This document shows, in pieces, positions 38,840-50,800 of a DNA stretch of 64,000 nucleotides. How positions within the stretch are numbered: position 1 is the stretch's first letter; each line of letters starts with the position of its first letter. The notes below the pieces were generated by a model that saw nothing but the letters and a program-made list of their open reading frames with translations, was not told where the DNA came from and searched no databases. Position numbers and translations under genes: made by a program. This stretch comes from Eledone cirrhosa (Eukaryota), in assembly GCA_964016885.1 (NCBI GenBank), contig OZ024749.1, forward strand, positions 558,001 through 622,000. The letters are read 5' to 3'.

Positions 38840-41800
38840 ATATATATATATACACATATATATATATACACACATGATAGATGTAATGTTGGAACCATGA
38901 TACAATTCAGACAGCAAACTAAAGTAGAAGTGCTGATGCCATAATAAATTGCGCCAGAAATACTTTGTAAAATGACAGTGCTGTGATCAAATCCATCCGA
39001 TACACTCTATAGCGTGATAGTGTTGGTGCCACTATAAGATGTATTCGGCAGTCTCTGTAAAGTGGTCGGTGTTAAAAAGGCCATCCAAGAATGTGAACCA
39101 GATGTAGCCATCCAAGAACGTGAACCAGATGTAGCCATCCAAGAATGTGAACCAGATGTAGCCATCCAAGAATGTGAACCAGATGTAGCCATCCAAGAAT
39201 GTGAACCAGATGTAGCCATCCAATCATATCTCGGACCAGATGTAGCCATCCAATCATGTCTCGGACCAGATGTAGCCATCCAATCATGTCTCGGACCAAC
39301 ATTACTGTCTCAATCCCTGCCAACATTCAAAGCAGACATTATATCGCTTCCAAGCAATAAGACTGGAACATTTTATTTTGAGAGTTTCTCATACTCTGAG
39401 GAAGGGAATTTTAAGTCCTAAAATACTAGGATGAAAACAAAAAAGATAATAATAATAAATACCAGGTAGCAAACTTTTTCGTTACCTTCATTTTACCATC
39501 TCACATTGTCTTAGGCTTCTTAAGCATATCATTTTATACATTATATACTATACACAATGCTTCAAGCAAACTATCATACATTCTACTATATATATATATA
39601 TTATAAAGACGTGAAAGGCAAACGGTCCATCGGATATAGCTGCCGAGATGCTGAAAGCATCTGGGTCGGTAGGTCACACCATAACCATACGTATTGTTAA
39701 CCAGGTAATACTAGGTGTCATACCAAAGGATTGGTGCAGCAGCATCATTGTCAACTGTTACAAGGGTAAAGGTGATGCACTAGATAGAGGAAACTATAGA
39801 GGTATAAAGCTGATGGACCAAATATAGTTTTCAGAATCTGAATTTATTCTCAAGTTTTTTTATGGATTCAGCTATAAGGACCAGATCATCTTCTTAGAGA
39901 AGTTCCCATGGGCAGCCTGTTTTAAACTCCTCTGTTATGACCTGAAGAACTATGATGAACAGCAGTGGGCTAAGAACTGAACCTTGATGAACTCCTACCT
40001 CTACCTTGAATTCCTTACAAATTTCACTTCCTACTCTCACAAGCCATTTTTCTACATCTAATTTCCTTAAAGACCACCAGATAATAGATTGAGGTACTCT
40101 GTCAAAGGCCTTTTCAACAAAAGCTAAATATAGTGGTTTATTTTTGGCTAGGAACTTCTCTAAGAAGAGTGCATCTGTAGTACTTTTCCCAGGCAAGAAA
40201 CCAAACTACATTTCTCTAACTCATTCTATCACTTTCACAACTTGGTACATTAGTTTTATTCCTCTATAGTTGCTCCTTTCTAGAGCATCACCTTTACCAG
40301 TGTCGCAATTTATGATTGTACTGCTACACCAATCATTGGGTATGACTTTGTCCTGTATTCCTGATTGACTAGGTAGGTTACTAGTTTGACTACTACTTCA
40401 CCAGATGCTTTTACATATATGATGATGGTGAATTATATACATATACAGATACACATATCAGTTGTGTGTACCAACACACAAACATATATAAAATTGTATT
40501 CCTAATGTCCAAATAAATTATTTCTCTGAACAGACATTAAAATACCATGATACCACAACATGAAAATAAATTATTTTCCATGCATTCTAAAAACAAAATA
40601 TCATAGCTATTATGATATATGTACAGACCTGTAACATCTGATAGAGTCATAGGGACATCATGATGACATATATCTTATATTTAGCTATTATGTTCCATGG
40701 TAATATGAATTAGAGAAAATAGGATAACGGTAGAATTTTACCATAACAATTTTAATGATCCAAAATACTTTTGGATTTACCATCCATTATCAAGGGGAGC
40801 TGTGGGGAGGGGCTCAGAGATTAACTATACACACACGTGATATTGTCGGGGAGATTAACTATACACAACCGTGATATTGTCGGGGAGAAGTGTGTACTTA
40901 ATGATGACGGCGTACTTGCCATCACCGCCGCTGATAAGAAGGTAGCTTGGAAGTGCCACTATGAAAGGCTACTAAATGAGGAGAATAAATGGGAGAAAGA
41001 CAGTGAAGAGTTTAGCGTAAAAGTTGGCATCCATCAGGGCTCTGTTCTCAGCCCCCTACTATTTATTATTGCCCTTCAGGCTATAACAGAGGAGTTCAAG
41101 ACCGGCTGCCCATGGGAACTCCTATACGCAGACGACCTGACACTCATAGCTGAATCAATGGCCGAGCTAGAGAAGAAATTCCAAACATGGAAGCACGGCC
41201 TAGAATCAAAAGGCCTTAAAATTAACCTGGCTAAGACTAAAGTTCTAGTTTGTAGGAAAGAAAATAAGGCGATGGTCCCTTCCGGGAAATGGCCATGCTC
41301 AGTGTGTAGGAAAGGCGTAGGTAGAAACTCCATTTTATGTCCCAAATGCAAAGTATCGATGCATAAAAGATGTAGTGGGATCACAGGTAAGCTAACTAAG
41401 AACTTAGATTTACATGTGGGCGGTGCTCTGGTGCAATAAGTAGCAGCGAGTGCCCACAAAATACTAACTCTTTCAATTGCGCAGAGGGCTCTATAGAAAT
41501 AGTGGACAGCTTCCGTTACCTGGGTGACAAAATCAGCAGTGGGGGAGGGTGCTCCGAAAGTACAGTAGCTAGAGTCAGAACTGGATGGAAAAAGTTCAGA
41601 GAGCTTATACCACTATTGGCCGCTAAAGGGTTCTCCCTAAAAATGAAAGGCAGGTTGTATGATGCCTGCATACGAACAGCAATGTTGCATGGCAGTGAGA
41701 CCTGGGCATTGTGTGCAGAGGATATACGCAGACTAGAGAGGAACGAAGCTTGCATGCTCCGCTGGATGTGTAACAGTAATATACGTGAACGGCAAAGCAT

Positions 41801-44800
41801 AAACGAACTAAGGAAAAAATTAGAAATAAGAGGGATCAGATGTTGTTTACTCAAGAGAAGGCTACGTTGGTACGGACACGTGATGCGCATGAAAGTCGAT
41901 AGCTGTATAACAAAGTGCAGGGCAATAAAGATAGACGGTAGCCACGGAATAGGCAGACCTAGAAAATCCTGGGACGAGCTGATAAACTCCGACCTCACAC
42001 ACTTACACCTCTCCAAGACAATGTCACTGGACCGAGACCTTTGGCGGTACTCAGTAATAGAGAAGACCCGCCTTACCTAAATACATAGTAAAACCTACTA
42101 CAGCCAGTAGACATCTCTAACAAAATACACCCCCGTCCCACCACCCACACCCCCATCCACACCACCCCCTCCTATGTAAAGTTATGTTGGTGCCACAACA
42201 TCCAGGCCGAAACAAATGAGATCGTGTAGGTGTCACGACAAAAAAACACACAGTCCACGCTGTAATGTGGCCGTGTAGGCAACACGGTATAAACCTCCCA
42301 GTCCCACACTGTAAATGTGGTTGGTGTTATGAAGGGCATCCAACTGTAGAAAACCTGCCAGACAGTCCTATGCGAGCAAGACAATCTCTCTTGCCTCAAG
42401 TGGGAATACCCCCGTCCAAACCCATGCAAGCGTGGAACACGGATGTTAAACGTTGATGATGATGATGATGATGATGACACACACCTTTTACTCCCTTAAC
42501 CCGATATCTGCGTTCTTCACTACACATACACTCACGCACACATATTCACACATTTTTCCCTACATACGTACACAAAACATTAAATTTTAGCATTTTTTTT
42601 TATCCTTTCAAATAAAATCTACCAGCCATCAACAATTCTTCTCAGCTTGCTCTATGCCCCCTGCCCTCACCTGGCTTTCCTTCATAATGGATCGTAAATT
42701 CCTATTCCCTTGGCACTTATATCTGTCAGGCTTCCAAATAAACTTATTTCTTAGTTAAATTTGTATTTCTTATTCCACAATGCTTCAAGCAAACTACAAC
42801 ACTTTGCTATTTATGTATGTATACATATATATATATACACTAATATATTAGGTTATGGTGTGTTAGTTCACTATTTTTATTGGTAAGGCCTCTTTTACCT
42901 ACCCTTCATTCTTTGGGAGCGAATAGTTATAGTTCATATAGTTTATAATTCAAAATTCAGTAAGACCAAGGATTAAAATTACTGTTTATTCAGACATCTA
43001 CGATTGTTTCCATATGGCACAATATTATACATCAATAATGGAGAAAACTGAAAGATTTCCAGTTAACTCCATAGTCACTTTACTTCAGGAAATAGAAAAA
43101 GCAATAATTTGTTTAACATCTAAAAAGAAAAGCAAGAATTACATAGAATTTATCATACAAAAGCAGAAAAGCAAGAATTTGTAGTTCGTAACTGGAAATC
43201 TTTTGGTTTTCTCATTTATTGATGTATAATATTGTGCTGTATGGAAATGATCATAGATGTCTGAAAAAACAGTAATTTTGATCCTTGGTCTTACTGAATT
43301 TTGAATTTAACTCCTTTTACACTCCTTCCTGGAGGGAATGTTTGAGGACTCTGCCCCCACAACCCTCCCAGGAATAAGTGGGCGAAAAAGAAGAAGAAAT
43401 ATATAAAATCAGAAACATAGATAAAAAGCACCATAAACATCTCAATGAGTAGTTGCAAAAAGAAAGCAAATTTAGAGCATTATATATAACTTATGTTTTT
43501 AATTCCAGAACAGGGAAGACATGAGCAAAATAAGTTCACAATAAAGATATTTACACTCATCAATTTCTCTTACTGCAGTAATCAATGAAGACAATCAATA
43601 TTGTGAGTGACATTTATCATCAGGAGGAGTCATCAATCATAAGAAAATATATATCCATGTGATGAAAGTAAAAGATACTCACTCCCTTGTTTTGGAATTC
43701 AAAGCATAAGCTATTAAATTATATATAGATATATATGAAAGAAAATCTCAAAGATACTAACATTGCGCTTTTTTTTCAAATGATACATTTCACTAGTTTC
43801 ATAAAACATCATTGCTTTTCTACTGATAGCATCTAAATTCTTGGCTGTTCGATGGGTCATTTGCCGTCTGGGAAGAGAAGCATATTTGTCCTTCTTGGGA
43901 AGTTTGCTTTTGTGGGAACTGGTATCCTCTTTGTTCACCAATGAATCCTCAACAGAGCTTAGCTTGGCCTTATCTTGCACATAAGAATCACAATTTTCAT
44001 TAACACACTCATTAGCTAGAGGAGATATCAATGAATTTTTGGTGGGATTGCTCTTGTTACGACTGGAATTTTTATGGGAGTTTCGCTTATTGGACTTTTC
44101 AATGAACAAGTTATTATGGGATGGATCACAGGTCAACTCACAACAGGGTTTAGCACAGTCTATTTTCAACTTTGTACTTTCATTGTTATCACAGATGCAA
44201 CCTAACCGACAGTATTCTTTATCACAAGCCTTAGTGGAAATTGCACAAGTCTTAGTTAATTCTTCATAGTTCTCTGAAATCCAACACAAATGACAGATAC
44301 AGCCATACCGGCAACCTAGAAGAGCCAAGAAAAAAAAAAAAAAAGAATTAGAAGGGAGAAAAAAGACCCCAGAGAAGATCAGGAAAAGTATTCTAAATTT
44401 ACAAATAAAAAAACTAACAAAAAAATTTCATTTTTCCTTTTTCCTTTCATCATCATCTTTTAACTTCCATCTTCCACACTATCATAAGTTAGATGGATTT
44501 GTCCCATTAGAGGCAAGTTGGGTCAGGTGACAGTGTCTGGCTGGTTTTCTATGGCTGGATGCATTTTGCCATGACACCTACATGACCCCTTTACAGTGTG
44601 GACTAGGTACTTTTTGTTGTGGTGCCTACACGACCACTTTACAGTGTGTACTGGGTGCTTTTTGATGTAACACCTACATGACCACTTTACAGTGTGGACT
44701 GGGTGCTTTTTGTTATCTACATGATCCCTTTACAGTGTGTACTGGGTACTTTTTGATGTAACACCTACATGACCACTTTACAGTGTGTACTGGGTGCTTT

Positions 44801-47800
44801 TTGATGTAACACCTACATGACCACTTTACAGTGTGGACCGGGTGCTTTTTGTTATCTACATGATCCCTTTACAGTGTGTACTGGGTACTTTTTGATGTAA
44901 CACCTACATGACCACTTTACAGTGTGTAGTGGGTGCTTTTTGATGTAACACCTACATGACCACTTTACAGTGTGGACTGGGTGCTTTTTGTTATCATCTA
45001 CATGATCCCTTTACAGTGTGTACTGGGTACTTTTTGATGTAACACCTACATGACCACTTTACAGTGTGGACCGGGTGCTTTTTGTTATCTACATGATCCC
45101 TTTACAGTGTGTACTGGGTACTTTTTGATGTAACACCTACATGACCACTTTACAGTGTGTACTGGGTGCTTTTTGATGTAACACCTACATGACCACTTTA
45201 CAGTGTGGACCGGGTGCTTTTTGTTATCTACATGATCCCTTTACAGTGTGTACTGGGTACTTTTTGATGTAACACCTACATGACCACTTTACAGTGTGTA
45301 GTGGGTGCTTTTTGATGTAACACCTACATGACCACTTTACAGTGTGGACTGGGTGCTTTTTGTTATCATCTACATGATCCCTTTACAGTGTGTACTGGGT
45401 ACTTTTTGATGTAACACCTACATGACCACTTTACAGTGTGGACCGGGTGCTTTTTGTTATCTACATGATCCCTTTACAGTGTGTACTGGGTACTTTTTGA
45501 TGTAACACCTACATGACCACTTTACAGTGTGTACTGGGTGCTTTTTGATGTAACACCTACATGACCACTTTACAGTGTGGGCTGGGTGCTTTTTGTTGTG
45601 ACACCTACATGACCACTTTACAGTATGTACTGGGTGCTTTTTGATGTAACACCTACATGACCACTTTACAGTGGGCTGGGTGCTTTTTGTTGTGACACTT
45701 ACATGACCAATTTCCAGTGTGGACCTGGTGCTTTTTGTCGTGACACCTACATGACCACTTTACAGTATGTACTGGGTGCTTTTTGATGTAACACCTACAT
45801 GACCACTTTACAGTGGGCTGGGTGCTTTTTGTTGTGACACTTACATGACCAATTTACAGTGTGGGCTGGGTGCTTTTTTTCGTGACAGCTACATGACCAC
45901 TTTACAGTGTGGGCTGTGTGTTTTTTGTTGTGACACTTACATGACCAATTTACAGTGTGGGCCGGGTGCGTTTTGTTGTGACACCTACATGACCAATTTA
46001 CAATGTGGGCTGGGTGCTTTTTGTTGTGACACCTACATGACCAATTTACAATGTGGGCTGGGTGCTTTTTGTTGTGACACCTACATGACCAATTTACAGT
46101 GTGGGCTGGGTGCTTTTTGTTGTGACACCTACACGACCACTTTACAGTGTGGGCTGTGTGCTTTTTGTTGTGACACCTACATGACCACTTTACAGTGTGG
46201 GCTGGGTGCTATTTGTTATCATCTACATGACCAATTTACAGTGTGGGCTGGGTGCTTTTTGTTGTGACACCTAAATGACCAATTTACAGTGTGGGCTGGG
46301 TGCTTTTTGTTGTGACACCTACATGACCACTTTACAGTGTGGGCTGTGTGTTTTTGTTGTGACACCTACATGACCAATTTACAGTGTGGGCTGGGTGCTT
46401 TTTTTCGTGACAGCTACATGACCACTTTACAGTGTGGGCTGGGTGCTTTTTGTTGTGATACCTACATGACCAATTTACAGTGTGGGTTGGGTGCTTTTTG
46501 TTGTGACACCTACATGACCACTTTACAGTGTGGGCTGTGTGTTTTTGTTGTGACACCTACATGACCAATTTACAGTGTGGGCTGGGTACTTTTTGTTGTG
46601 ACAACTACATGACTAATTTACAGTGTGGGCTGGGTGCTTTTTGTTGTGACACCTATATGACCACTTTACAGTGTGGGCTTGATTTTTGTGCTACCAACTT
46701 AATATATATAAGAAAGTAAGTCCATAGAATCATTAGATAAAATATATACAGTATTTCTTCTCCCAATCAACATAATCAACCATACAAAAAATCAATTAAA
46801 CGAGGCTATAAGTTTAAAATATACCTATGAAGAAACAATAGATAAATAAATGATTGCTATTTTATCCGCGATTCACAGCCACAGAAAGTTTACCTAGTAT
46901 TTCTGATAGCCTGTAGAAATTGACTAGACATATAGCTAACCATGGATAATTAGGTACAAAATCAAAGAAGAAAAAATGTACATGATGATTTTGGTATGTT
47001 TATGTACATTTTTTCTTCTAACTTTGATTTTGTACCTAATAATGTATTGTTAGCTATATGTCTAGTCAATTTCTACAGGCTATCAGAAATACTAGGTAAA
47101 TTTTCTGTGGCTGTGAATCGCAGATAAAAAGCTATCATTTATTTATCTATTGTTTCTTCATAGGTATATTTTAAACTTATAGCCTCGTTTAATTGATTTT
47201 TTGTATGGTTGATTATACTGATTGGGAGAAGAAATACTGTATATATTTTATCTAATGATTCTATGGACTTACTTACATATTGCTCTGATTGTTGATTATT
47301 AATAATTAATTCTTCATTGAGCCACACCGTGAATGGTTGCGTGGAAGAACGGACGTAAAACGGTGATGATGATGATGATGATGATGATGATATCTATGGC
47401 TCAGTCTAGTTTATGTGTATGTAAACTTCTAAATTTTATATATATATATATATATATATACTGTATTTCCCGTCCTCGAAGACGAAGCCTAATTTTGACA
47501 ACCAAAAATTTTGGGAAAAAATAATAAACAGCCTTCGACCTCCAGGATGCATAGTAGATTTTTGAGACTTAATTTTAGGGGAAAAGTAGCCTCTTCGACG
47601 CCGGGAAATACGGTGTGTATGTGTATATATATATATATATATAACCAGCCAGGTAGATTATATCCTTACCAGAAGACGTGACAGAGTGTCTGTTGTAAAC
47701 ACTAAATCCCTCCCCCATGAAGAATGCAATTCCCAACATAGACTCATAATTAGCGACCTCATAGTCAGGACGAGACGTACTCGACAACAGAAGAGGATTA

Positions 47801-50800
47801 TCCTCAGGAGAAAAATATGGAAGCTAAAGGACCCCACAGCCAGAAATAAATTTAAAAGCATATTACTTGATGCTTTCGACAGTAAGGAAGAGCAATTAGA
47901 GACGTACAATATAAAGGAACAGTGGGAATTCCTGAAAGCAAACCTGCTGATGGCGGCAGATGAAGTCTGTGGCTGGAGCAGGCCTATAGGCAGGAGGAGA
48001 GTAACGTGGTGGTGGAACAGTAAGGTGGAGTCCCCCCGTTCCATTATCTGGTGGGCTCTTAAAAAACTAGGTGTTGATGAATGGTTTGTGAGAGTTATAC
48101 AAGCCATGTATAAAGAAACAGTCAGCAAGGTTAGAATTAACAACGAATGTAGTGAAGAGTTTAGCGTAAAAGTTGGTGTTCATCAGGGCTCCGTTCTTAG
48201 CCCCCTACTATTTATTATTGCCCTTCAGGAACTCCTATATGCAGATGATCTAACGCTCATAGCTGAATCAATGGCTGAACTAGAGAAGAAATTCCAAACA
48301 TGGAAGCATGGCCTAGAATCAAAAGGCCTTAAAATTAACCTGTCTAAGACTAAAGTTCTAGTTTGTAGGAAGGAAAATAGGGCACCGGTCCCATCCGGGA
48401 AATGGCCATGCTCAGTGTGTAGGAAAGGAGTAGGTAGAAACTCAATTTTATGTCCCAAATGCAAAGTATTGGTGCATAAAAGATGTAGTGGGATCACAGG
48501 TAAGCTAACTAAGAATATAGATTTTATATGTGGCCAGTGCTCTGGTGCAATAAGTAGCAGCAAGTGCCCACAAAATACTAGCTCATTCCATTGCACAGAT
48601 GGTTCTATAGAAATAGTGGACACCTTCCATTACTTGAATGACAAAATCAGTAGTGGTGGAGGGTGCTCTGAAAGTACAGTAGCTAGAGTTAGAACTGGAT
48701 GGAAAAAGTTCAGAGAGCTTATACCACTATTAGCCGCTAAAGGTTTCTCTCTAAAAATGAAAGGCAGGCTGTATGATGCCTGCATACGAACAGCAATGTT
48801 ACATGGCAGTGAGACCTGGGCATTGTGTGCAGAGGATATACGCAGACTGGAGAGGAACGAAGCTTACATGCTCCGCTGGATGTATAATAGTAATATACGT
48901 GAACGGCAAAGCATAAACGAACTAAGGGAAAAATTAGAAATAAGAGGGATCAGATGTTGTTTACTCGAGAGAAGACTACGTTGGTATGGTCACGTGATGC
49001 GCATGAAAGACGACAGCTGTATAAAAAAGTGCAGGGCGATAAAATTTGATGGTAGCCACAGAGTAGGCAGACCCAGAAAAACCTTGGACGACTTGATAAA
49101 TTCCGACCTCACACACTTACACCTCTCCAAGACAATGTCACTGGACCGAGATCTTTGGCGCTACACAGTAATACAGAAGACCCGCCTTGCCTAAGTACAA
49201 AGTGAAACCTACTACAGTCAGTAGGCACCTCTAACAAAAATACACCCCCGTCCCACTACCCCCACCCCATCCACACCACCCCCTCCTATGTAAAGTTATG
49301 TTGGTACCACAACATCCAGTCCGAAACAAATGAGGTCGTGTAGGTGTCACGACAAAAAAACACACAGTCCACGCTGTAATGTGGCCGTGTAGGTAACACG
49401 GTAAAAACCTCCCAGTCCACACTGTAAACGTGGTTGGTGTTAGGAAGGGCATCCAGCTGTAGAAAACCCGCCAGACAGTCCTATACAAGCAAGACAACCA
49501 CTCTTGCCTCAAGTGGGAAAACTCCCGTCCAAACCCATGCAAGTGTGGAATATGGACGTTAAACGATGATGATGATGATAATGATATATACATATAAAAA
49601 TTTAGACGAAACAAGGGGCCGTGTGGTTACTTGATAAAGTGTATTTAGAAATAAAAGGAAAGTAGAAACAAGAGTAATCCCCCTCTTCAGTTGTCTGCTG
49701 GATGTCACTGACACTTCAACGCATTAAAGACAATATGTCTATCTCCAGTGCTGCCCCTTTTCGCCTACTCCCGCCGATGTTAGACTTGTTTTTCTTCACT
49801 CTCCCTATCTCACCATCATAAGGCCTCAGACTTATGTTCAGCCGCTGGTTTGACTTCTCCCTCTCTCTCTTACTCCTGGTTACTTACATACATGTGTTTC
49901 TCCTCGTGTTCTCCCCTTTTATCGGTATGTTCTCTGCCTTTTTTCCTTCCCCCATAACTTTCAAAAGTTAGACATATTGTCTTTAATGCGTTGAAATGTC
50001 AGACAACTGAAGAGGAGACTGTGCCTTGTTTGTGCTTTCCTTTTATTTCTAAATATATATATAAGCACCCAGTCCACACTGTAAAGTGGTTGTGTAGGTG
50101 CCACAACAAAAGGCATCCAGTATTCACTGTAAATGAGGTTGCTGTTAGGAAAAGAATCCAGCTGTAGAAACCAAGCCCAAATCAGTTCTGTATGAGCAAG
50201 ACATAGTCACCTGACCTGGCATTGTCCACAACAGGACAACTCATCTAACCCATGCTAGTGTAGAAAATTGATGTTAAAATGATGATGATGATATATGTAT
50301 AATGGAATAAAATACTCCTATGTTTTAGCAGTGAAGATTCAAAATCGAATCTGAGGTTTCTCGCTTCTGGGACCACCCATTATTGGAAGGTTCCCACCAT
50401 TGTCCTGTCAAGACAACGATGATACACATACATACCACTTGAGACCTGTGACCCCAGCTTCCTGGGAGACGATATTTACATGGCTGATCATAAATCAACC
50501 TCTATTATAAATACAAGGACTTTGGGAACCCAGTACACAGATCCGAAGCAGCAGTCAGCGAGAGATAACGATGTAGGAGGCATTAGCAGACCTTTTACTC
50601 TTTCGCTCTCCTGGCCCTTACTGGCTTCCACCTTCTTAGCCACAGACACAGCCAGACATGAAGCAGCAGTCCTTGAGATGAATAGCATATTCTAAGAATA
50701 GACACACACACAGAGTAAGTTTCATCTATTCTTCCATCTTCTTGTTGAATCACTTATATTGTATCGTCATGTTGATACATGCATGCACGCTAGCTCGAAG

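Noticed and set aside
39062-39421. Repeat protein ORF (EPDVAIQEC)n
   Set aside because: Translation of the 27-bp minisatellite in a SINE remnant; no splice support.
45845-46719. Cys-rich metallothionein-like ORFs
   Set aside because: Translation of the 44-bp satellite.
50488-50688. Extra coding exon of the MGA-like gene
   Set aside because: No good minus-strand donor in frame, and inserting it would break the CNKPG|CRYGC motif formed by exons 1 and 2.
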